Assembly: GCA_051251855.1 (NCBI GenBank)
Contig: JBPOGI010000001.1
Coordinates: forward strand, 224,001 to 288,000
DNA from: Roseibacillus sp.
Lineage (GTDB): Bacteria > Verrucomicrobiota > Verrucomicrobiia > Verrucomicrobiales > Akkermansiaceae
Reading direction: 5' to 3'
DNA length: 64,000 bases
Part shown: piece by piece, positions 9,293-18,879 of the stretch
How the letters are laid out: the number at the start of each line of letters is the position of its first letter
How positions within the stretch are numbered: position 1 is the stretch's first letter
Notes under the pieces: model-generated
What the model was told of the DNA's origin: nothing
The model's database searches: none
What the model saw: only the letters and a program-made list of their open reading frames with translations
Translations under genes and position numbers: made by a program

Positions 9293-10291
9293 CTAGGGCA
9301 CGGGTACTTTGGAGAGAAGACGCGTGATGAGGGTGTCGGTGGAGATGTTCTCGGCTTCGGCTTCGTAAGAGAGGAGAATACGATGGCGTAGGACTTCGGG
9401 AGCGAGGGTTTTGACGTCTTGAGGGGTGACGTAAGCGCGGGCGTTCATGAAGGCGTTGGCGCGGGCGGTGAGGGCCAAGTTGATGGTGGCACGGGGGGAG
9501 GCTCCGGCACGGATGAGAGGGACGAGTCCTTGGTCGTAGGCTTTTGGAGAGCGGGTGGCGTGAACCAGATCTACGATGTATTCGCGGACGGCAGGGTCGA
9601 TGTAGATTTTGTCTAACAGACCACGGCTAGCGGCGAGTTGAGCGGGATTGGCAACCGCGTTGACGCTGGGGGGCTTGGCGGTGTTGGCCATCAGATCGAG
9701 GACCTTCATCTCTTCTTCCTTGCTGGGATAGTCGACGAGGACTTTAAGCAGGAAGCGGTCGAGCTGGGCCTCGGGGAGAGTGTAAGTTCCTTCTTGGTCG
9801 ATAGGGTTTTGGGTAGCGAGAACGAGGAAAGGATCGGGCAGTGGGTAGGTGGTGTCGCCGAGGGTGACTTGGCGCTCCTGCATTGCCTCGAGGAGAGCGG
9901 CTTGCACTTTGGCAGGAGAGCGGTTGACTTCGTCGGCGAGGATGAGGTTGGCGAAAATGGGACCGAGTTTGGGGTCGAACTTCTGAGCCTGCTGATTGTA
10001 GATGAGTGTTCCTAGAAGATCGGCGGGCAAGAGATCCGGAGTGAACTGAATGCGCGAGAATTGAAGTTGGAAACAGTTGGCGAGGGTGTTGACGGCGAGG
10101 GTTTTTGCTAAGCCGGGAAGTCCTTCGAGCAGAATATGGCCGTTGCAAAGAAGGCCAAGGAGGAGCCGGTCAACGAGTTGGTGTTGTCCAATGAGGACTC
10201 GGGACATTTCCTGGCGGACGTCGGAAATCCAGCGGGATGATTCGGCAATTTCGGCTGAGAGCTTTTGAGTGTCGGTATTGGTGTCGGACAT
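9293..10291 (-). CDS. MoxR-family AAA+ ATPase
   Basis: Walker A GLPGLAKT, RIQFTPDLLP, Walker B LADEVNR, ATQNP, LPEAQLDRF. Confidence 0.95.
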   Translation of the reverse strand: MSDTNTDTQKLSAEIAESSRWISDVRQEMSRVLIGQHQLVDRLLLGLLCNGHILLEGLPGLAKTLAVNTLANCFQLQFSRIQFTPDLLPADLLGTLIYNQQAQKFDPKLGPIFANLILADEVNRSPAKVQAALLEAMQERQVTLGDTTYPLPDPFLVLATQNPIDQEGTYTLPEAQLDRFLLKVLVDYPSKEEEMKVLDLMANTAKPPSVNAVANPAQLAASRGLLDKIYIDPAVREYIVDLVHATRSPKAYDQGLVPLIRAGASPRATINLALTARANAFMNARAYVTPQDVKTLAPEVLRHRILLSYEAEAENISTDTLITRLLSKVPVP

Positions 10292-10435
10292 CTTGTTGAG
10301 GAGTATCTACAGTGAATTAGCGGCAGGGTGAACAGGGAATATCTGTAAATTTTGACACCTCGCTTGGGGGGCAACGAAAAAGACCGTTCGGGAAGGAACG
10401 GCCTTGGTGCAACTGAGAGAATGAGGGAGTGATTA

Positions 10436-10870
10436 CTAGCGTACTCGCTCGAAGGAACGGACTTGGTCATTTTCAAACCAAACGGTGCTGGAGCGCACAG
10501 GGACGTAGTTCACGGTGGGGCCAAAGCCGAGGCCTCCGTAACGTCTGCCGTAGCGTCCGTAGCCGCTGCCGAAGTGTCCGTAGAAGTTGTTGGTGTAGAC
10601 GGGGTAGAGGCCGGTGTAATCCCAGCGCATGGTGCGCTTTCCTTCGGCAGAGCCTTCGAGGCGGCGATCGGGGCTGCCAAGAGCGAGGTAGACGCCCCCA
10701 GGTGACATGCCTTCATCGATTTGTCCTTGGGAGACCAGTTCTTGTTCGCGGAGCGAAAGGTCGTTGTAAATTTGGGGGTTCTTTTCGATGCGACCAGTGG
10801 GGCTCGAAGAGGAACAGTTGGTGAGGGTAAAGGCTGCGAGCAGCGCCAGAAGGGGGTGGAACAATTTCAT
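10436..10870 (-). CDS. Hypothetical lipoprotein
   Basis: Lipobox-like LTNC, GMS...ALGSP motif (BamE/SmpA-like), Gly/Tyr-rich segment. Confidence 0.8.
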   Translation of the reverse strand: MKLFHPLLALLAAFTLTNCSSSSPTGRIEKNPQIYNDLSLREQELVSQGQIDEGMSPGGVYLALGSPDRRLEGSAEGKRTMRWDYTGLYPVYTNNFYGHFGSGYGRYGRRYGGLGFGPTVNYVPVRSSTVWFENDQVRSFERVR

Positions 10871-10995
10871 ATCACTAAGGTAGACGGGAAAGAGGCGCTG
10901 AAAAGTCAGAAAAAAGAGTGAAAAGTGTTTGCGAAGATTCTTGCCAAACCAGAGGGGACGGGAGCAATTTGCTGCTGAACCAAAGTTAAAACAAT

Positions 10996-11286
10996 ATGTC
11001 AGATGTGATTAAAGGAGAGGCGTTAGAGCAATCCCTCAAAAAATGCCCCGAGTGGGAGGTAAACGAGGACGGTAAGGAAATTTTTAGGACTATCGAGTTT
11101 GAGGAGTTTACTGAGGCAATTGATTGCGTGAATGATATCGCGGAAATGGCCGAAGAAGCACAGCATCATCCCGACTTTGATATTCGTTTTTCACGGGTGA
11201 CTCTTCGTCTGACAACTCATGATGCAGGAGGAGTGACTCCCGCCGATATCGAGATGGCGGGTCGGATTGACAATTTAGTCGATTAG
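10996..11286 (+). CDS. phhB: Pterin-4-alpha-carbinolamine dehydratase
   Basis: AEEAQHHPD and LTTHDAGGVTPAD motifs. Confidence 0.92.
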   Translation: MSDVIKGEALEQSLKKCPEWEVNEDGKEIFRTIEFEEFTEAIDCVNDIAEMAEEAQHHPDFDIRFSRVTLRLTTHDAGGVTPADIEMAGRIDNLVD

Positions 11287-13076
11287 CTTTCGCTGGCGTT
11301 TTGCTGGCGTGCGATATCGTTAAGAGTGAGCCAACCTAACAGGCGCTTAGGATTGGCGGGGCTGACGACGGGGACTTGTTGGAAGTCGTGGTCGATCATC
11401 TTGTGGGCAGCGTCACGAATGGTGGTGGAGGTGGTCACGGTGAGAAGCTTTTGTTCGGTGATGAGTTCGAGGAGGGGTGTTTGAGGGGGATGCTCGCGAA
11501 GCTCGTGATGGGTAATGACTCCGAGGAGGTCGTTTTCAGAATCTACGACTGGATAGCCATGAAATCGGCCGTTTTTCTCGCGGATGAGTTGGAGGCAGTT
11601 CCCGATACTCTTGTCTGAGGAGAGTTTGAAGATCTCGGGGGTCATGATGGCTTGCACGGGAAGTTCGCGATAGTCGCGCACGCCGCGGTAGGCCGGGAGG
11701 GAACGGAGAGTGATGCCGTCTTGGAGAAGGAGAGAATTGTAGATCTCGATGGGACGGAGTTTTTTCGAGATTTGCCAAGCGAGCATGTTGCCAGCCATAA
11801 GGGGGAGGATGAGGTCGTAGCTGCCCGTCATCTCAAAGATGATGATGAGCGAGGTAAAGGGGCAACCGATGACGGCCGCGAACATGGCGCCCATGCCGAG
11901 AAGGACGCAGGCGCCAATCACTTTGTCGTCGGTGGGGAAGAGCGGGACCCAATCACCTAGGTGATGAAGATGGGTGAAGCCGATGCCAATGAGAGCGCCT
12001 AACAGACCGCCGAGAAAGAGGGTGGGTGAGAAGAGTCCGCCCGATCCACCACTGGCGTAATTGAGAACGACGGCGATGAATTTGAAGAGAAGGAGGGTGG
12101 CAAGAATAGAGATGGAGAGTTGGTTCTCGAAGGCAGCTTCGAGACTCTCGTAGCCGATGCTGAAGACGGAGTTTTGCGGGTTGCCAAGGTTGGAGGTGAG
12201 GTAGTAGGCGCTGATGCCGAGAATGCCACAGCTGAGGCCACCACTGGCGGGGAGGATCCAAGCTGGGAGAGCTTTTTGTTTCTTTAGCAGTCCTCGTAGC
12301 CCGAGGGTTGAAGCGGTGAAAATGTGGCCGAGAAGTCCTGCCGCAACACCAAGGGGCAGGGCAATGAGCATCCAAGCGGAGGTCTTGTAATCGGTCTGGA
12401 GATGAGCTGCGAGAATGGGATCTTCGCCGAGAATACTGCGCGAGACAGCTGCAGCGACGACCACAGCGATGACCATGCCGCCAAGGGCTTTCATGGAAAA
12501 ATTGTCGAGGAGTTCTTCGAAGACGAAGGTCAGCGCGGAGAGGGGGGCATTGAAGGCGGCGGCGATTCCTGCAGCCATTCCGACGGGGAGCATGGATTGG
12601 ACGCGGGTGGCGTCTTGGAAGGCCCAGCGACCGAGTCGTGAGGAGATGGCGGCGCTGATGTGGACGGTAGGCCCTTCGCGCCCGAGGCTGTTGCCGAGTC
12701 CAATGTAGAGGCTGCCGAGGGCGAGGCGGAGTATGCCGACATAGCTGCGGATCTTTCCGCCTTTATTGTAGTAGGCGTATTTGGTTTGGGGAATGCCGCT
12801 ACCGATGGCTTCGGGGACGAACTTTTGGCTCGCGATGCCGACGAGGAGGCCGGCAAAGGTGGGAGCGGTAATCATGACTACCACAAACATTTTTGGATCT
12901 TGGCTTTTGGCGAAGGACCAGAGGTTGTGGAAGAGGAACTCAATTGCGAAGTGGAAGGCGACGGCAGCAAGGCCACAGAGAAGGCCGGCCACCAAGCACA
13001 TGAGAAGGAAGCGTTGATTGACGCTGAGACGCGCCCGCATCCAGTCGGGCAGGGTCTTTGGAGTCGCTTCAGCCAT
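11283..13076 (-). CDS. ClC-family Cl-/H+ antiporter with tandem CBS domains
   Basis: GSGIP, GREGP (gating Glu), FVFEE, GLFSP and a C-terminal CBS pair. Confidence 0.93.
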   Translation of the reverse strand: MAEATPKTLPDWMRARLSVNQRFLLMCLVAGLLCGLAAVAFHFAIEFLFHNLWSFAKSQDPKMFVVVMITAPTFAGLLVGIASQKFVPEAIGSGIPQTKYAYYNKGGKIRSYVGILRLALGSLYIGLGNSLGREGPTVHISAAISSRLGRWAFQDATRVQSMLPVGMAAGIAAAFNAPLSALTFVFEELLDNFSMKALGGMVIAVVVAAAVSRSILGEDPILAAHLQTDYKTSAWMLIALPLGVAAGLLGHIFTASTLGLRGLLKKQKALPAWILPASGGLSCGILGISAYYLTSNLGNPQNSVFSIGYESLEAAFENQLSISILATLLLFKFIAVVLNYASGGSGGLFSPTLFLGGLLGALIGIGFTHLHHLGDWVPLFPTDDKVIGACVLLGMGAMFAAVIGCPFTSLIIIFEMTGSYDLILPLMAGNMLAWQISKKLRPIEIYNSLLLQDGITLRSLPAYRGVRDYRELPVQAIMTPEIFKLSSDKSIGNCLQLIREKNGRFHGYPVVDSENDLLGVITHHELREHPPQTPLLELITEQKLLTVTTSTTIRDAAHKMIDHDFQQVPVVSPANPKRLLGWLTLNDIARQQNASES

Positions 13077-13241
13077 GGGGCTTGGCTGTAGCACGAGGTG
13101 TTGGTTCTGGCTAGCGGGGAACCGCGTTTGGGCCTTGGGTAGACTTTTTAATTTCTAAGAAGAGGCACGATTCGGTGCCGGTCTGGCTGAGCATTCAAAC
13201 CGAAACGATGGTGGATGGCTGAAGTCGACCCTTCTCTTCGG

Positions 13242-16200
13242 CTAGGGCTCGATGATTAGGCGATAGAAGCAGCGGGGCATTTCGGAGGGGAGAGCCTGCC
13301 ATGTTTCCCAAAGAGAGTCTTCATCTGCAAGGAAGGTGGCTTCGGCAGGCTGCCATTGACTCATGTCGTCGCTGTATTGGAGGCGATAGCTGATACCTGC
13401 ATTCTGGGCTGCCTTGTTGACCGAAAATTGAAGCTCGTTTTCGGCAGTTAGAATGGGGGTAGTGCGGGAGCGATCGTTAGATGGGTCAGCGACTTGCGGG
13501 TCGCAGCCGAGGATGAGTTCTTCGAAGTTGGACTTGCCGTCGCCATCGGGGTCGCTGTTGGGGTTGGCATCAGCACCCAGAATCCCGAGCTCACGCATCG
13601 CGAAGGTGATGCCGGAAGTTTCGTCTAGAATGAGATTTCGGACGAGGAAGTAGGTCTGGTAGTCGTCACTCAGATAGGAACTCTCGCCGTGGCGATAGAG
13701 GGCATCTAGGTCGCCATCGCTGTCGAAGTCTTCGAGAATGGAGGTGCTAATAAGCTCGTAGCGTGGACCTTTGAAGTCGTATAGCGGAGAATATTCAGGG
13801 CCGTAGACGGTGGGGGTGACGAAAGAGTAGGGGGTCGAGTGTTCGAGAGTTCCGTTGCCATCGAAGTCGCGTAAAGGGCCCCCGATACCAGTGATAGTTG
13901 CGATATTGAAAAAGTCGTTGGGGAGGAATGGATCCGTTCCGCCTCGGCTCTGAATCCACCTTGAACCGAGGGAGATAGGATTTCCGAAGACATCAATCGC
14001 AGGGCTTGCAGTCACAATGTCGGCAAAGCCATCGAGATTGAGATCAGAGAGCAAGGTCGGGCCAACTGCGAAGGGATTTCCGAAAACATCGGAGGCTGCA
14101 AGGTTGATTGGAAGAGTGATAGTTTGGGTAATGCGCCCAATCTCATCGGAGAGAAGGACGGCTGCGAGGCTTCGAATATCTTGCGAGGAATCCACGTAAA
14201 TACTATCAGGAACAAGAAGGAGGGTACCTGATACGGGGTCGAGGACGTATCGTTGCCCGGCGGACTCGTAGGCGTAGAGGCTGGTGAGGATATCAGTGTT
14301 GCCGTCGCCGTTGACGTCGCCAAACGAAATGGTGGTGGGAATGATGGTTGGATTACCGAACGCATCAGAGGCCGGGATACCTGGAGGAGCTAAAAATCGA
14401 GTGTTGGGAGAGAAGTTGCCACTCCCCAGGTTTTCGCGCCATCCGACAGAGGAGTCGATGATGTCGAGGTCGCCGTCCTTATCCCAGTCGATAAGGCCAA
14501 TGGTGCCGCAATCGCGACTCAGGTATCCTGCAATGAATGGGGCTGGGAGGCTGGCAGGGAGAGTAAAGGTGCCATCGCCATTGTTGAGGGCGGAAAGGCA
14601 GACGGCTTGATCGTTGGCGAGAGTGGTGTCATCGGAGTCGAGGTAGCTGAGTAAGAGATCAGTAGCTCCATCTTGATCCAGATCGGCAGCGATGAGTTGA
14701 GTGATGATGAGGTTAGGGTGGGTGTTCCGGTAGCTCTGCGGCAGTAGGTCGAGGAGCTGCCAACTGGAAAAGTCTGCGTTTCCTTGGTTGAGTCTGAGCC
14801 AGAAGTTTTGTTCGGCATCTGGTCCTACGACAAGGTCCATGAGGCCGTCGTCATTGTAGTCCGCAGGGAAGAAGGGGTGTCCTGCGGAGTCGCCCACACT
14901 CAAGGAAGTTCTGTTAGAGGATAGGGAGATGTTAGAACCGATGAAGTCTGCAGCTGTTCTTGCCGCTCCATTGGATGACTGAACGATGTTGAGAACGACC
15001 TTGGAATTAATGGGGGAGCGGGTGAGGAGGTCGAAGTTGACCTCGGATAGGGATGAAGTCCATTGACCGATGCCTAGCCGCTCGCCGACATAGCCTACTT
15101 GAAGTGGACTTTGATAAATACTACTGGTTCGGGCTGTAACGGAAAATCCGGAGAGCATCGAGATGCCAGGCTGGGACGAACTTCCTTCAATCAGAAGGGG
15201 GCGATCGTTGAGGGGCGTGAGGAACGGTGAGAAGGAGGAAGGTTCTTGATGGAAGGAACTGAAGTCGGTGGGAGTCGAACTCACTGTCCACTCTCCAAAG
15301 GTTGTGCTGAGAAGGTTTTGTGCGGTGGTGGGGTCTCCGCCTGAGAGTGCAAGATAGACGAGAGGAGAATTGGCGTCGTCAGCAGATTCTTTAGCCCAAC
15401 CGAGGGAGACACTGCTAGCGAGAGAGGGGATGAGTTGGGTTTGGCTGAGAAGAAAATCATCGGCCAAGGCGTCGCGGAGAAGATAGCGAATCCCGCCAAA
15501 TGCGACGGGCACCCAGATGTCGTCGAGTCCGTCTTGGTTGAGATCATCAACGTGGATAGGTTGGTCAGAAGAATTGACGGTGAAAAGCGGTTCTGGAGAG
15601 GCTGAAAAATCTTGGTCGCGAGTCAGCACATAGACGGTGGTCCAGCTACCTGCTACTTGAAAAAGAAGGAGGTCGGCTTTTCCCGTGTTGTCGAAGTTTC
15701 CCCAGAGAGCTTTGGTGAGGTCAAGGCTGGTTAAGCCGTTTGGCAGTACGATACTGGCTTCCAAGTCACCAAAGTTCTCACCGGGGAGAAGGTTGTTGAT
15801 GACAAGAGCAAACTCAGAATCAGACTGTGTCTGACGGCGGAGTAAAAAGGGAGTGGTGCCGTCATCGGTAAAACCAAACTCGACATCGTTGGAGTCGGTT
15901 GGGAATACCGAAGTAATGGCAGTATCAGAGTAGCCGCCTTCGGGTAGAGAGGGATACCAACGCGCTCCGAATTGGGAAGAGAAGTTGGCGAGGTCGACAC
16001 TCTCCCGAAAAAGAACGATGGGATCGAGGCGGCCATCTCCGTTGAGGTCCTGAGCGCTGACGGCTTCCTGTGCTCGGGGGGCAGCGAAGAACAGGGCTTC
16101 GGAGTAGGTGCCGTCGGCTTGTTTTTCGAGATAGAGGGAAAGGTCGTCGTCGGTGCCATCGGTGCCTTGACTGAGAAGGAGGATGTCTTTGTCGCCGTCG

Positions 16201-16331
16201 CCATCGATATCACGGCTGTACTGGTTACAGCGAGCAGCTTGCCGGAGGTCGAGAAGGAGGGGATCGATTCGTGGTTTGAGCTCGGCTTGAAGCGAAACAA
16301 CCGAAAGGAGCAATACAAATCCAAACTTCAT
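13242..16331 (-). CDS. Large secreted FG-GAP/VCBS-repeat protein
   Basis: Signal peptide and many DxDxDGxxD[LI] repeats. Confidence 0.85.
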   Translation of the reverse strand: MKFGFVLLLSVVSLQAELKPRIDPLLLDLRQAARCNQYSRDIDGDGDKDILLLSQGTDGTDDDLSLYLEKQADGTYSEALFFAAPRAQEAVSAQDLNGDGRLDPIVLFRESVDLANFSSQFGARWYPSLPEGGYSDTAITSVFPTDSNDVEFGFTDDGTTPFLLRRQTQSDSEFALVINNLLPGENFGDLEASIVLPNGLTSLDLTKALWGNFDNTGKADLLLFQVAGSWTTVYVLTRDQDFSASPEPLFTVNSSDQPIHVDDLNQDGLDDIWVPVAFGGIRYLLRDALADDFLLSQTQLIPSLASSVSLGWAKESADDANSPLVYLALSGGDPTTAQNLLSTTFGEWTVSSTPTDFSSFHQEPSSFSPFLTPLNDRPLLIEGSSSQPGISMLSGFSVTARTSSIYQSPLQVGYVGERLGIGQWTSSLSEVNFDLLTRSPINSKVVLNIVQSSNGAARTAADFIGSNISLSSNRTSLSVGDSAGHPFFPADYNDDGLMDLVVGPDAEQNFWLRLNQGNADFSSWQLLDLLPQSYRNTHPNLIITQLIAADLDQDGATDLLLSYLDSDDTTLANDQAVCLSALNNGDGTFTLPASLPAPFIAGYLSRDCGTIGLIDWDKDGDLDIIDSSVGWRENLGSGNFSPNTRFLAPPGIPASDAFGNPTIIPTTISFGDVNGDGNTDILTSLYAYESAGQRYVLDPVSGTLLLVPDSIYVDSSQDIRSLAAVLLSDEIGRITQTITLPINLAASDVFGNPFAVGPTLLSDLNLDGFADIVTASPAIDVFGNPISLGSRWIQSRGGTDPFLPNDFFNIATITGIGGPLRDFDGNGTLEHSTPYSFVTPTVYGPEYSPLYDFKGPRYELISTSILEDFDSDGDLDALYRHGESSYLSDDYQTYFLVRNLILDETSGITFAMRELGILGADANPNSDPDGDGKSNFEELILGCDPQVADPSNDRSRTTPILTAENELQFSVNKAAQNAGISYRLQYSDDMSQWQPAEATFLADEDSLWETWQALPSEMPRCFYRLIIEP

Positions 16332-16402
16332 ATCTCTCTTGTTAGCAATTAGAGAGCTAACGGCAAGGGCATTATAGAAGCCGAAAGGAGAGAAACACAG
16401 TT

Positions 16403-18616
16403 CTAGAAGCCGTCGATGGTATCGAGGAGATCGTTTCCTCGCAGCAGCTCACTGACCGTCCAGCCGTCTAAGGCTTCGACTCTACCGGACTGGTAAGAGT
16501 AGGAGTGGTTCGTGCTGAATTGAAGGTCTCTCACTTCTTCTTTGACGGGGAGAGGAGGCAGTTCGAGTGGGCTTGGCCCAACCTGAGAGGCGTCGAGCCA
16601 GGCTTGCTTCAGGTCGGTGCGCTTGGAGAATTGCTCTTTTAGCTGCCAGTAGGGGGCGATAGTGAGCATTTGTTTCAGGAGTTTTTGATGCTCTCCAAAG
16701 TGTTCGGGATCTTTCTGAAGAAGGGCTTCGAGTCTCTTTGCACAGTTGTAGTACTTGGGATCGAGCTGGAAAGCTTTCTGATAGGCCTTGATTGCTCCCG
16801 CATTGTCTTTCATCTCTTCGAGGACCATCCCAAGAAGGTAAGGGGCGCGTGGGTTGGCGGGATTTTTGAGCATGAATTTGGCAAGCATTCGTTCAGCGAT
16901 GGTTTGGACGCGTTCGTCGCTGAAAATCCCTTCGCAACCGAGGCAATGGCTTTCACGAGGTCCAAAGCTCACAGGCATAAGCTCGAAGGCTTTTTCGAAA
17001 TGGGGGACCGCCTCGTCGAATTTGCCATTTCGAGCCAGAGTCATTGCAAGTCGGGATTGGAGGCAGTAGGCGTCCTCAAATCGTCCTAGCGCAGCACGGT
17101 AGCGTTCAGTGGCTTCTTTGATGAGTCCGGCATAGAGGTAGTCGTCAGCCGCTTCTCCTTCGCGAATCGATTTTACGACATCAAAGAAGAAGTCGGCCTT
17201 TTCCTGGTCCCCTTGTTTTTCCAGGATACGAGCAAGGACGTGGTAGCACTTCATGCGCGTTTCTTTCCCTTGGTCGCCGTCGGAAGGGTCGAGTTCGATG
17301 GCTTTTTCGACTAGAGATTTGGCTTCATCTAACTTGTTTGCTGCAAGCGAGAGTTCGGCTTGCCAAATGAGAGGGCGTTCTTCGAAGGGATCATAGCTCA
17401 GAAGCTTGGGTAAAAACGCGGCGAAGAGATCGGGATCGAGAGTTCTTAGCTGCTCGTAGTAGTGGTCTTTTCCGCTGTTCCTAGCCAGTAAGTAGAGGCT
17501 GAGGTTTTTAGCGAGGTCGGCTTGGTCGTTCTCAGCGAGGGACTTGATAGCGAGGGCATTGAGGCTTTCGCTTCCTTCTCCCGCGGTATAGTCCAAAGTT
17601 GCTATGACTTTTTCTAAGGTGTTGGTTTCAAGGAGATAAGAGAGGTCTTCGAGGAAGCTCTCTTCCCCGTCGAGGTAGAAAGTGACAAGGAGGTCGAGGC
17701 TGTCTAGATCGGAGTTTCGGGAGCTGTAGGACCGTCGCTTGGATTGCCGTTCGCGGAAATCAGCACTGAAGTCAGCAAGGCTTTGCCACTCTTTCTTCGC
17801 CGCTTGATGGTGAATCCAGGGGCGAATGGTGTAGAAGCTCATGTAGCTCCTATTTTCCTCTTCTTTGGGTTCTTCTTTGAGAAGGGCCGTGATTCGTTTG
17901 GCTGCTCGGTTCGCCAACTCTTCGTCGGGGAGGACCTGACCGAGTTTGATGAGATGGTTGAGAGCAGAAAGCCTATCGCTCCTTTTGTTTCTTTTACGAT
18001 CCTCTTCCCAAAGCAGGGCGATTCCTTCTTGGATGTTTCCGTCGGCCAGTTCTTTATCCCACGGGTCCTTTTCGCTCTTGGTGTGAGAATAGGGCTTTCT
18101 GGGTTCGAGGACTTTGGGGTGGTTCTCTTTCAGCCACGCAAGACCCTCTTCGGGATTTTTGCTGAGGGCGAGAATCATGCGAGCTCTCTCCTCACGGCTC
18201 CACTCGCGGTCTCTTTCTTTTTCTAGGAGTTTGCGGCTCAGCTCTTGTGCTTGGTCTTGTTCTTCTTTGAGCAAGGCAACGAAGAGCTGGGACCTGGTTT
18301 TGAATCCTCTTCGGTCGACTTCGCCGAGTCTGTTCTTTGCTTTTTTATCCTTGATGAGGGCGAAAAGGGACTCCCATTCTTCTTGGGGTGGCAGTTCAGG
18401 GTAAAGTTCCTCGAAGGTTGTTCGGTAGGATTTTTCCAAGTCTCTTTCCAAACGTTCAGTCCACTCAACGGCAGTTTTAGCCGGGGCCATGGCTTTGCGA
18501 TATCTGGGGTGCTCTACTACCCGGACATTCACTTCCTTTTTAGGAGCGACTCCCCAGCGATCACACTGAGTCAGGAGAGGGAAAAAGAGGAGTGGGAAGA
18601 GAAAACGATAGTTCAC
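16403..18616 (-). CDS. TPR-repeat (lipo)protein
   Basis: LLTQC lipobox-like signal; TPR signatures (AIELDP, FEKAFELMP, AYQKAFQLDP). Confidence 0.85.
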   Translation of the reverse strand: MNYRFLFPLLFFPLLTQCDRWGVAPKKEVNVRVVEHPRYRKAMAPAKTAVEWTERLERDLEKSYRTTFEELYPELPPQEEWESLFALIKDKKAKNRLGEVDRRGFKTRSQLFVALLKEEQDQAQELSRKLLEKERDREWSREERARMILALSKNPEEGLAWLKENHPKVLEPRKPYSHTKSEKDPWDKELADGNIQEGIALLWEEDRKRNKRSDRLSALNHLIKLGQVLPDEELANRAAKRITALLKEEPKEEENRSYMSFYTIRPWIHHQAAKKEWQSLADFSADFRERQSKRRSYSSRNSDLDSLDLLVTFYLDGEESFLEDLSYLLETNTLEKVIATLDYTAGEGSESLNALAIKSLAENDQADLAKNLSLYLLARNSGKDHYYEQLRTLDPDLFAAFLPKLLSYDPFEERPLIWQAELSLAANKLDEAKSLVEKAIELDPSDGDQGKETRMKCYHVLARILEKQGDQEKADFFFDVVKSIREGEAADDYLYAGLIKEATERYRAALGRFEDAYCLQSRLAMTLARNGKFDEAVPHFEKAFELMPVSFGPRESHCLGCEGIFSDERVQTIAERMLAKFMLKNPANPRAPYLLGMVLEEMKDNAGAIKAYQKAFQLDPKYYNCAKRLEALLQKDPEHFGEHQKLLKQMLTIAPYWQLKEQFSKRTDLKQAWLDASQVGPSPLELPPLPVKEEVRDLQFSTNHSYSYQSGRVEALDGWTVSELLRGNDLLDTIDGF

Positions 18617-18660
18617 TCGACTAGCTCAACGTCTATTTTGAACGAAGGCAAGAAGCAAGA

Positions 18661-18735
18661 TGGTGGTCACTACAAGATTTGAACTTGTGACATCCTGCGT
18701 GTGAAGCAGGCGCTCTACCACTGAGCTAAGCGACC
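18661..18735 (-). tRNA. tRNA-Val (anticodon CAC)
   Basis: Reverse complement GGTCGCTTAGCTCAGTGGTAGAGCG CCTGC TT CAC AC GCAGG ATGTC ACAAG TTCAAAT CTTGT AGTGACC ACCA forms a full cloverleaf with encoded CCA. Confidence 0.97.
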
Positions 18736-18879
18736 GTTTTTGGCAGCAGACGAAGGTGTCAGGGCTGCGCGGGCGCGAGGGATAAAGGGGCGAGAGGTTT
18801 TTTTCAAGAAAAAGAATGAGTGAACCTGCGCTTCGGAGAATTCTATCTTTTGTCTTAGTCCTTAATCCGGAGGGCTGGT

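Noticed and set aside
10931..10946. sigma54-like TGGCAAGAATCTTCGC upstream of the lipoprotein gene
   Set aside because: GG-to-GC spacing is off by one base.
13200..18735. Possible island integrated at the 3' end of tRNA-Val
   Set aside because: Only an 8-bp match (gatggtgg near 13207) to the tRNA end region, and no integrase.
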